Shown here piece after piece: positions 31,901 through 38,926 of a stretch of DNA of 64,000 nucleotides. The notes under the pieces were generated by a model. The model was not told where the DNA came from. It did not search any database and was given only the letters and a program-made list of their open reading frames with translations. Position numbers and translations under genes: made by a program. Position 1 is the stretch's first letter, and each line of letters opens with the position of its first letter. The stretch is from Bacteroidia bacterium (GTDB taxonomy: Bacteria; Bacteroidota; Bacteroidia; UKL13-3): the NCBI GenBank assembly GCA_044351265.1, contig JBILGC010000001.1, positions 30,167-94,166 of the forward strand, in the 5' to 3' direction.

Positions 31901-34900
31901 TAGGTGATGCAGATGATGATGCCTGATCTAAACCTGTAATCGCTTTCCAACTCATAGAGTCTCCTCCAAGCAACGCATAGCGTGAATTGGTTTGCACTAT
32001 GCCACCTGCAATACCTCCAACGCCTGGCGTATGGATTATATTGTAATTACTGGTAATGCGCAATGAATCTTGTAGGCGTATACCAAAGTTGAAACCAGTG
32101 GCTGCCCCATTGCTGATGGTATTGGCAAAAATGTTATTCCTGATGTCCATCTGCTGACCTGAAGTGATTAGAGCAGAGCTTTCAAATGCACTGGTAAGTG
32201 CTGCACCAGCAGCAGGACCTCCGGCCATAAACACCGTGTTATGATAATAGAAACATTGGGTGGTGTTTTGATGCCAAATACCCCTGATGGTTGCTGCGTT
32301 AGTATACAGGTTTGCTGCAGTGTCAATACCCATACGCACCATATTGTTCGCAAGGGTTAAGAATCCATTGTTTACCTGGATACCAGTTAATACTGGAGTT
32401 GCCGTAGATGCACTGGTAACGCTATGCACCAAGTTGCGCAATACATTGCTGTTGTTACCAATTACTGAGGTCGAAGTCGAAAGGTACATACCTGCAACAG
32501 ATACACTGGAGTTATTGACTGCATGAACCAAATTACTAATACGGTTGTCGTTATAGTTAGCGTTTACAGTAAAAGCAGCATTAACCATTAACCCTACAAG
32601 GGAAGATGCTGTGGTAATGCCTGTATTGGAACTGGTACTAATCAGGTTACGGATAATATTGCCTGATACATTAGCATTTTGCGAACCACCGCTATTGTAT
32701 AAGATACCAATCATCTGGGCAGAAGTTGATGTAGGATTGGTCCATCCCATACTGTCAACAATATTATTGCTGATGCTCAACGCTCCATTCAATGTAGTAG
32801 TGCTTGCAATACCAATTACATTGGCTAAGGTAGTGGTACCAGTGTAAGTTGAACGTGAACTGATACCATAAACGGTATTGCCATTAATAATTGGCGTTCC
32901 GCTTGTAACTAAAATCGGTCTTACAGATGTACTTGCTGCTGTGCCATTAGCCGCAATGAGTGTGCGAACTGTATTATTATTAATAGTTAAACTCAGTGTA
33001 CTATGAGTTGAAACAATTCCCATTAATGCAGCTGCTGTTGTAGTGCCGGAATTAGCTGCATTAGTGTAGAAGCCTTGTAAGAAATTATTGCTAATATTCA
33101 CCACATTGGCGCTTCCACTTTGTGAGATTATACCTGTAATACCTGCTATTGTTCCGGTATTCACCACGGTAATATTCAGAATAGAGTCATTCTGGATAGT
33201 AAGATTACCTGTTGACGAGGTGCTTATACCTTGGAAACGACCATTATTCAATGAGAAAATAGGAAGAGTATAAGATCCTATTCTATTATTATTAATAGTA
33301 TATACCGCAGATGTACCCTGAGCAAGAATACCAGTAAATGTACCAGTTCCTGAAGTACTTGTTAAGGATATATTTTGGATTATATTGCCGTTGATAACAG
33401 TTCCTGTACCCGTTCCTGAAGTAGCCCAGATTGCACTGAATGTAACGGAGGCGCTATTTGTGAATGCTGCTCCAGCCGCAAAAGGTTCTCTTCCTCCAAT
33501 ATAATTGCCATTTATCTGATTACCGTTAGAAGTTGCACCAGGGAAGAAATTAATTGGTGACAACGAGGTAGAAGTGCTGATTCCATAGTTGAAATAAAAG
33601 TGATTATTGTTGATTCGGAAGTTGTCAGCATTACCCTGATTACCTACAACAATGCCGCTTGTGGTAAAGTTCATAAACTTACAATTATCTACACTAATTC
33701 CTGAATTAAACCGCGGAGATACACCTAAAATATTAAGGCCTATTGCCATCATTGTTGTACCGCCTGTTAAATCTTGACGGAAATAGCAATTGCTGAATAA
33801 GGTATTAGAAAAACCGCGGGTAGTGGTGTTGTTATTTACTTGTACATTACCAGTAGAAGCTGCACGGGTTTCAAATATCACATTGATAATGGTATCTGAA
33901 GAACCTCCATTATTGAACAAAAGTGCAGGGCTTGCTGCTGAAACACGAACTATCAGGTTGGTATCGTTCAATGTTCCTGTTGGGCTAAAGCCAAGTAACT
34001 TCACATTGTCAATATTGTTAAAACGGAGACCAGTGCTTGTTCCTGATAATACATATTGGTTATTATCAGCCGGGCGAATGGTAAGCTGATATCCGCCTGC
34101 ACCTACCTCAAGCCATTTATTTAATTCAAAAGTCCCCGGCTCGGTAACATTGCTTTGTATCAATACGGTGGTATTGCCTTGCAGCGCGCTGTTATTTACC
34201 GCTGCAAAAAAGCCTCCGGTACCTGACAAAGTTGGATAAGAAGGTGAACCTGCACCTGTTCCAATATATACCGTAGTTGGAATTGGATCATTAAACAGAT
34301 ATCCGTTCAAGGTAATTGGATGTGTTGTTACAGTACTGGTGTTGGTAGCAACAGCATAAGCAGGATTTGAGTTGATATTTCCTGCTGCAGAGTCTGCAGC
34401 TATAAGATAGTAGAGAATACTGTCACCCACAGACAGGCCGCCCATCAATGTATTATCGATAGTAAAAGAGTATGTTCTGCTTCTGCCTGCTGCAGAAACA
34501 AAGGTTCCTGCGCTAGACTGCCAAGTAGACTGAGAGCTCTTTCTAAAATATACACGCGGGGCAAGCGCGGCAGAAACCGGCACATTAACACCATCGAAAA
34601 TGGTAGCAGTAAACACCCTGTTGGCTGGGGAAGAAGTGTTTACCAATGGGGTATAATAAATGTTTGGAGGCATCACATCTGAAGATAGAGCGTTCGTTGC
34701 AGATGAAGAAGCACCGATATCTACCGGAGTTCTACCGCTACGGCTCAGTCCGTCAAAATCATTAGATACAAATGCAAGCACGGTTGTATCACCCATCCCT
34801 TCAGCTGCGTTTGGTGAAGCCAAACGCAGATCAGGTGTAGCTGCAGTTGGTGCCACAAAATTAGGATTACCAAACCCGCTTGAACCACCCTGTGCAGTAG

Positions 34901-37900
34901 CAGCTGCAAAAAGCTGGATGGTAGAATAGTTGATGCTATTGAAACGACCTACGAATGCATTGGCCGATGCACTATTGAAATGAAGATTAGAACCAGTGGT
35001 AATTCTTGCCATGCTGGTACCAAAAATTTTACCATAGTGGTTTAGTGTAGAGACACCTGCATTAACAGAGTTATTTACAAAAATGTTGTTGCGAATATCC
35101 ATGAATCCGGGAGTAGAAGCAGCACCCGCAACTTCAAGACATGCTGTAGATGGGTTAGGTGCGCCTGCTAATCCAAAATCAGGTGCAAGGTCTACCAACA
35201 CGGAGTTGTGGTACATGCGTATCTGGCTGGTTGATGGTGCACTCACAAATATACCACGATATTGTCCGGGACGAGCCATAGCTGTACCTGAAGTATCGCG
35301 TCCAATGCGAATTATATTATTCGCAACCGTTCCTGTTCCGCCTTGGTACTGCAGACCATACATGATTGAAGAAGTAGGTGTTTGGGTGGCCGGATATGCA
35401 TAAGTTAATCCATAGATTAAATTGCGAGTAATGGCAGAAGTATTGCCGGCAACTGTAGCATTGCCTTGATGAAAAATACCTATAACACTTGGGTTGGCTG
35501 TAGCCAAGTTGTTGGTAGCTGTTAAGTTGTATACACTGTTGCTATCAATCACCTGATTCATGGCTCCACTGAAATTGTTGATACCGATAATACCCGCACT
35601 AGTGCTGGTGGAAGCAGCAGTGGTTGCACTTCTTAGGTTATAAATATTGTTACCTCTAATGGTGTTTTGGGCATTTACACTGGCACAAATACCATTTATC
35701 TGGTTAGCAGCTGCACTGTTTTGTGCATTCAGGTTGAAAATATTGTTATTTAATATGCTGTGCTGTTGAGAAGAACTAATCACCAAACCGTTAATTGCGG
35801 CAGATGTAGTAACCAAGGTGCTGTTACTATTGGTGATGAAATTTCTCACTGTATTGCCTTGAAGTAAGAGGGATGCGTTACCTGAGGCAATACCAATTTG
35901 AGATGTAGCAGCTAATGTGTAAGAGGTAAAATCAGTAACCAGGTTGTTGGAAAGAACAGATCCCCCTGTGCCACTATTCTGAAAAATACCACATTGCGCG
36001 GCAGTTGTTAACCCTCCTGTTGCATTACTATTGGTGTAGAACTGCCCTACCGTATTGTCGTTCATCACTGCAATACCACTTCCACTGTAAATACCTATCA
36101 TTCTTGTGCTAGCCGGTGTTGAACTATTCGGTGTTGATAGCGATGAAGAAAAAATGGAAATACTATCTATAGGATTTGTTCCGCCTATGCGGTTACCTCT
36201 GATATTAACCGAAGGTGAACCATTGAACAATGCCATACCACAAAATGCTGCATTTGTTAAGGTTGAAGAGGAGAGTGATCTGCTGAAGAAGCGAGATATG
36301 GTATTACTGTCGATGTTAAATGTTCCTATGGTACTTGTTCCATGATAAAAACCAACAAAACCCATAGAGGTATTGGAGTTTATGGTGATGCCTGAAATAA
36401 GGTTGCGCTTAATATTGGTAGGCGCAGAATGGAACATATAGTACATATAAAGGGTTGCACCACTATGATTGTCAAAGCGGATATTGTGGGTGTCTGTTGG
36501 GTGACCAATAACATTATCTGTTAAGTCAGCATACCCGGTGGAGACATACATATAATATGGATAATACCAAACGGGGGCTGCATTTTCATTATAAATAATA
36601 TTGGAAACCACGTTTCCGCTAATGCGCGTTCCGGCTGTAGTATTAGAGCCACCATAGAATATTTTGTAAATACTTGGTGAAGATGTTCCCGGATTAACCA
36701 ATTGTCTTGGCAAGCCTACACCTGAGCCTCCTACAAACGGAGCTCGACCTCCCATGTAATTGCCTACAATCTGATGCCCCCACGAACCGGCATTACTGGG
36801 GTTCATGAAAATATCGCCATGACTAAATGTAGCATAACTGCATGAGGCAGGTGCAGGACTTACAGCAATGGTGTCGTAGAAACTGTTTCCGGTAATGCTG
36901 TATTGGCGACCTGCGCCTGAATTGGTGGGGTTAACACAGATGCCATAAACCCTGTGGCCATAAAACCAGTTTGAATCTAAAGACAGCCAGTCATTTTGTT
37001 GGGTTAAAGATTGACCCGTTACGGCTATAGCTGTAGAATAATATGTTGTGCCTGATGGGGCAAATGTATTGCTGAGAATGGTGATGCTGTCATTACCCAC
37101 GCCCAGTAAATTGGTAGTACCTGCAATATAAACTGCTGCAGAAGTTGGGGCTGTATTTGTATTTGTAGAAGAAGAGCGAATGACAGTGTTTCTAATGGTA
37201 GCCCCGGTAGCCTCGTTTCGAATTAAGAAAACGTTGGCTCCGCCTGCAACACTTCTGTTTTCAATGGTCATGTTGCGGTCATTGTTATTGGTCCAGCGGC
37301 CATCAAAAATTACTTTTCTTGTACCTTCAATAATAAACAGATTAGCCGCGTTACTATCAGTAATATAAACAGTATTATTATTTTGTGGCCTGAAGGTGAT
37401 ACTGCGCTGGGCGTTTGAGCCTAATATGTTGCTAATGGAAATAGGAAAAGACTCACCGGTTCCGGCTGAGTAAATAGGATCGATAAGATTGAAAACCACA
37501 TTACCACCAACACCTCTACTGTTAAGAGCTGAAACTGCTGCTGTAATAGTGGGGTAATCTGAGGCACCTGATGTTCCAACAGTAAAGTTACCAGACATAG
37601 GTCCGAGAATCGTTCGGCCAGAACCCGGAGGGGTATTAGGGGTAGGTACATAACTGCTTCCACCAATATTTAATCCGGTGCATGCAGCGTTAACAGTTCC
37701 TGATGATACAGCTGGGTTGATATCGTATGCCAGCCAGAAGTAGTTGGTATCGCTCGGAAGCGGTCTACTGCTAAGTGCTCGTGTACCCGTGAATGTAAAA
37801 GAACCAGAAGGATTGGCTATGGTTGAACCAAACTGATTGGTTGCAGCAAATACAGGTGAGTTACCGGTGTAGAATACCTTTGCGTTGCTGATAGCGTTTG

Positions 37901-38690
37901 CAGGAGTAGTTCCTGTTGGGGTAAAGGTGAATGAGTTTGCATTTGGAGGGTTTGCAGTTCCTGAACCGGCAACTTTAACACACAGAATTTCCTGATTTGA
38001 AGAACCACTTCCAACACCTCCTAAATTAGCCTGAGCAACCGAAGTTGAAGAATATGTGTAAGGAACGGTTTGAAACAGGGTCATTTCATCAACGCATATA
38101 TTGTTCCACCAATCACCTGTTGCATGCAAGAAAACAAATAGGTTTGGACCAGTTAGCAAGGATGCAGGTACATCAAAACTATAATTGTACCATCCTGCAG
38201 TTGACACTATTGGATACCTTGAAGTGTGCGCATACACGCTATCAATAAACGTGGAGTTTGCGAAAACGTTTGTATTCCCGAAACGAATAGCTACTCTGGA
38301 ATCAGTAGTTGTTGCATAATAAGTATGTCTGAAAAACCAAAAAGAAAGACGAATTCCATTACCCGGAGGAAGCGCACTGATATCTATGCTTGGACTCGTT
38401 AATACGCCAGAAGCAGGATTACTGCCGCTGTAAGCATCCCACATACCCATTCCGCCACCTGCATAAGGTCCGGTTATCGGGGTAGTGAAGGTACTTGTGG
38501 TAACCCTGGTGAATGCGAGAGTCGTTCCATTAAGTGTAACATAACTGCTACCTGTACCGATAGGGGCTGCAACTGTATCAAAGTTATTAGCCCAAAGTAC
38601 TTGCGCCTTTACCTGCATATTAGCAAGGCAAATGAAAATGAAAAGCATTAGTGCTTTCCATTTGATTAGATTGTGTAATTGATGTTTCAT
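25911..38690 (-). CDS. giant (4259 aa) T9SS-secreted surface protein: jelly-roll-like N-domain, three ~1000-aa parallel beta-helix super-repeats, 4 IPT/TIG domains, T9SS type-A CTD
   Basis: Uninterrupted 12,780-nt ORF. Signal peptide ...LMLFIFICLANMQVKAQ. Hundreds of N-x-(I/V)-type beta-helix coils (NNxIxN, GNxI). Super-repeat anchors are DYPTITAAVSALNSRGVGGN, SYPTLSGTGGFFAAVNNSALQGN and TYTSLTNAGGLFEFLNSRTLGGN. The C-terminal VYPNPFNQQVNVQVV...GVYFMNSNINGNVSRVKLVKAGN is a T9SS CTD. Confidence 0.95.
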   Translation of the reverse strand: MKHQLHNLIKWKALMLFIFICLANMQVKAQVLWANNFDTVAAPIGTGSSYVTLNGTTLAFTRVTTSTFTTPITGPYAGGGMGMWDAYSGSNPASGVLTSPSIDISALPPGNGIRLSFWFFRHTYYATTTDSRVAIRFGNTNVFANSTFIDSVYAHTSRYPIVSTAGWYNYSFDVPASLLTGPNLFVFLHATGDWWNNICVDEMTLFQTVPYTYSSTSVAQANLGGVGSGSSNQEILCVKVAGSGTANPPNANSFTFTPTGTTPANAISNAKVFYTGNSPVFAATNQFGSTIANPSGSFTFTGTRALSSRPLPSDTNYFWLAYDINPAVSSGTVNAACTGLNIGGSSYVPTPNTPPGSGRTILGPMSGNFTVGTSGASDYPTITAAVSALNSRGVGGNVVFNLIDPIYSAGTGESFPISISNILGSNAQRSITFRPQNNNTVYITDSNAANLFIIEGTRKVIFDGRWTNNNDRNMTIENRSVAGGANVFLIRNEATGATIRNTVIRSSSTNTNTAPTSAAVYIAGTTNLLGVGNDSITILSNTFAPSGTTYYSTAIAVTGQSLTQQNDWLSLDSNWFYGHRVYGICVNPTNSGAGRQYSITGNSFYDTIAVSPAPASCSYATFSHGDIFMNPSNAGSWGHQIVGNYMGGRAPFVGGSGVGLPRQLVNPGTSSPSIYKIFYGGSNTTAGTRISGNVVSNIIYNENAAPVWYYPYYMYVSTGYADLTDNVIGHPTDTHNIRFDNHSGATLYMYYMFHSAPTNIKRNLISGITINSNTSMGFVGFYHGTSTIGTFNIDSNTISRFFSRSLSSSTLTNAAFCGMALFNGSPSVNIRGNRIGGTNPIDSISIFSSSLSTPNSSTPASTRMIGIYSGSGIAVMNDNTVGQFYTNSNATGGLTTAAQCGIFQNSGTGGSVLSNNLVTDFTSYTLAATSQIGIASGNASLLLQGNTVRNFITNSNSTLVTTSAAINGLVISSSQQHSILNNNIFNLNAQNSAAANQINGICASVNAQNTIRGNNIYNLRSATTAASTSTSAGIIGINNFSGAMNQVIDSNSVYNLTATNNLATANPSVIGIFHQGNATVAGNTSAITRNLIYGLTYAYPATQTPTSSIMYGLQYQGGTGTVANNIIRIGRDTSGTAMARPGQYRGIFVSAPSTSQIRMYHNSVLVDLAPDFGLAGAPNPSTACLEVAGAASTPGFMDIRNNIFVNNSVNAGVSTLNHYGKIFGTSMARITTGSNLHFNSASANAFVGRFNSINYSTIQLFAAATAQGGSSGFGNPNFVAPTAATPDLRLASPNAAEGMGDTTVLAFVSNDFDGLSRSGRTPVDIGASSSATNALSSDVMPPNIYYTPLVNTSSPANRVFTATIFDGVNVPVSAALAPRVYFRKSSQSTWQSSAGTFVSAAGRSRTYSFTIDNTLMGGLSVGDSILYYLIAADSAAGNINSNPAYAVATNTSTVTTHPITLNGYLFNDPIPTTVYIGTGAGSPSYPTLSGTGGFFAAVNNSALQGNTTVLIQSNVTEPGTFELNKWLEVGAGGYQLTIRPADNNQYVLSGTSTGLRFNNIDNVKLLGFSPTGTLNDTNLIVRVSAASPALLFNNGGSSDTIINVIFETRAASTGNVQVNNNTTTRGFSNTLFSNCYFRQDLTGGTTMMAIGLNILGVSPRFNSGISVDNCKFMNFTTSGIVVGNQGNADNFRINNNHFYFNYGISTSTSLSPINFFPGATSNGNQINGNYIGGREPFAAGAAFTNSASVTFSAIWATSGTGTGTVINGNIIQNISLTSTSGTGTFTGILAQGTSAVYTINNNRIGSYTLPIFSLNNGRFQGISTSSTGNLTIQNDSILNITVVNTGTIAGITGIISQSGSANVVNISNNFLQGFYTNAANSGTTTAAALMGIVSTHSTLSLTINNNTVRTLIAANGTAASTSVRPILVTSGTPIINGNTVYGISSRSTYTGTTTLANVIGIASTTTLNGALSISNNIVDSMGWTNPTSTSAQMIGILYNSGGSQNANVSGNIIRNLISTSSNTGITTASSLVGLMVNAAFTVNANYNDNRISNLVHAVNNSSVSVAGMYLSTSTSVIGNNSNVLRNLVHSVTSASTATPVLTGIQVNNGFLTLANNMVRMGIDTAANLYTNAATIRGIWHQNTTQCFYYHNTVFMAGGPAAGAALTSAFESSALITSGQQMDIRNNIFANTISNGAATGFNFGIRLQDSLRITSNYNIIHTPGVGGIAGGIVQTNSRYALLGGDSMSWKAITGLDQASSSASPNFSAAATAVSPNVDLSLQSSNPAERSGDPTVTIVSTDYYNNSRASNTPSDIGAHAGNFTMAPDAFAPVIAYTPMSNAGSLTGIRTLTNVVITDNNGIVMSGANRPKLYYSRDGVNWFSSSALTVTGNATNAVASFNIDYLVFSPTLTLSDTIRYFVVAQDAASNLGSFPILAVGTDVNTISQYPRNPSRYSFLPVIPANTVLQVGAGQTYTSLTNAGGLFEFLNSRTLGGNIVAEITSDLTAETGAIPLNRMAEDGVGAGTFSLTIRPNASATTPRLIQGSYNNPSTFFGLITLIGADRVKISGIPTGGTASQRLLRIRNTAPTGTYGAGTGSSVITVSSATGVAIRNCIIESGNANQAGGSIEFRVGVNNQFLTTACSFDTVTNCVLTNNTIATLPDGIPANSSVYSFGAPNVYNNNIVITNNEISNMVTAGIGVVGNNGDGFVISGNSIFYNLGFVPNITGTFQGIVFLPGAFASGHTISNNFIGGTAVNCGGSAWVNPNNLGFTGIRTSVGNGANTLISGNTIRNISFTNQAATGQFTGIRAEAGNTVINGNTVGDAVVANGINWQPSASFFGIIYQGANNIQIVNNNIQGIAIPTPNTFAQFIGIYVIGGTVSAPISGNIVGHATNSNNIVFAGNTTHYGMLVSVNAFTTPSYSITNNTIANLTSTGVGTSTFLYGVMVQNSGFPTISNNTVREIKTSSISTSTTGVAIGIYSAVNTSTIANISNNLVSAIRATNTGNVPTTVHGILQTSGQDIVLNANRVWDITNASSSVSVYPAPVAAGISIGGGSTTANLYNNQVTLGNGFAGNVQLNGIMLYTSNTSLILNAINNSVLIDGAAAGAGPQNTYALLRGNNTGTEINTYMALRNNIFANRRTGGSGNHYALSNQTSTPSNTTYLNNTSMYNLLTTANTSTVAEWGLSANNIANWRTNSTSDNISYYVQAGNSAGQLNLTNLFTAPATGNLGLNTSNQEVWYVYGKGITGASANNLNSDFSGSSRSTSQGIATTIGSVHMTSAPSMLPIAAIASAAPSANTTTSYTFASRPVASISWGASAPTGATVYDFTGVNPPAAPAGNFNNRYVRTDVSGGTPPYTYGLTYNFNPANLGGMQNANNLRLATSNATVPSSWTTQFTTNSNGSTGIASVSGISTTGSAITFTGTELNAPPTISAFTPNARQVGGSVTISGSLFTGATAVSFNGTAQPTFTVVNDTTITTTVPTGATAGPVSVTNPFGIGTSASNFTVIPAPTVSGLSVTSGTFGTAVTITGTGFTWATQVQFNTTNAVFTVVNNTTITCTVPSGATTGVVTVTNPAGNASSTATFTVFPVPTITTFTPTSGPVGTSVTITGTEFNAITNVRFSGVNASFTVNSTTSITATVPSGAVTGTITILNGSGTATSSSNFAVTTPPSINGFSPTAGGTGTTVTISGSNFTGATAVTFNGVSATFTVVNATTITATVPATANTGLIAVTTPSGTSTSSSTFTVYLDLTVSTNTGVTGTYNNITVTSTGTANLVGSLLAIGNVTVQSGGVMNFGTEVLNGNGNFTANGGSRITTGSVNGISATGGISGSIQMNGTRTYSGRVEYNGAVAQNTGNAIAGIDSLIINNTNGVTLSASRSLNWINLQSGVLALGNNSLTLNPGGNIVGMNASNWIRTNGSGTLRRTVSNNNTAVLFPVGSDGYSPVQVTLSLASTTDVIGARVFYGVLTSGTSGAPANTSMVNRTWVLDESVAGGSTATVNLEWADTMETGGFNRTNCGISWYRSAPGSWMAPATYGAATGSNPFSVTRTGLTTFSAFAVGDNLANATLPVQLTKLVANKAGEDVIVSWSTASEFNNSHFEVERSFNGADFEMAGKVDGFGFTNSESNYNFVDEKAALNPTAQVIYYRLKQVDFDGKHTFYGPVAVNINKLVANVNVSVYPNPFNQQVNVQVVSPESGAMQISITDLQGRAVYTGTHEVNKGLQVISLDGIDTLKDGVYFMNSNINGNVSRVKLVKAGN
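27449..28407 (-). repeat. four tandem ~79-aa IPT/TIG domain repeats inside the giant gene
   Basis: The four repeats are PTISAFTPNARQVGGSVTISGSLFTGATAVSFNG..., PTVSGLSVTSGTFGTAVTITGTGFTWATQVQFN..., PTITTFTPTSGPVGTSVTITGTEFNAITNVRFSG... and PSINGFSPTAGGTGTTVTISGSNFTGATAVTFNG.... Each ends in ..TATVP.GA.TG.I.V....G...S...F.V. Confidence 0.85.
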
Positions 38691-38785
38691 ACGTATTGAT
38701 TTATAGTTAAATTTTTATGGTCAATTGAAGTTCAATTTTGAGAATTTCAATGATAAATGCAATAACCTGCAAGAAAATAACTGAG

Positions 38786-38793
38786 CAAATTTA
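38786..38793 (-). promoter_or_regulatory. candidate -7 box (TAAATTTG on minus strand) upstream of the giant gene
   Basis: Plus-strand CAAATTTA is TAnnTTTG on the coding strand, about 95 nt upstream of ATG 38690 in an AT-rich 236-bp intergenic region. Confidence 0.3.
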
Positions 38794-38874
38794 TATTTAA
38801 CTGAATATCAAGTTTAAATAAATTCAATAACCACCCCAATTAAGGATATTTTAAGTTTTTAAATAGGTGTACAT

Positions 38875-38910
38875 AAAAAAGCCGCCTCGGATAAACGTGG
38901 CGGCTTTTTT
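38875..38910 (-). terminator. bidirectional rho-independent terminator after the endonuclease gene
   Basis: aaaaaa-gccgcc-(12 nt)-ggcggc-ttttttt, 17 nt past the stop codon at 38927. Confidence 0.75.
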
Positions 38911-38926
38911 TAAGTAACTTTTATAA

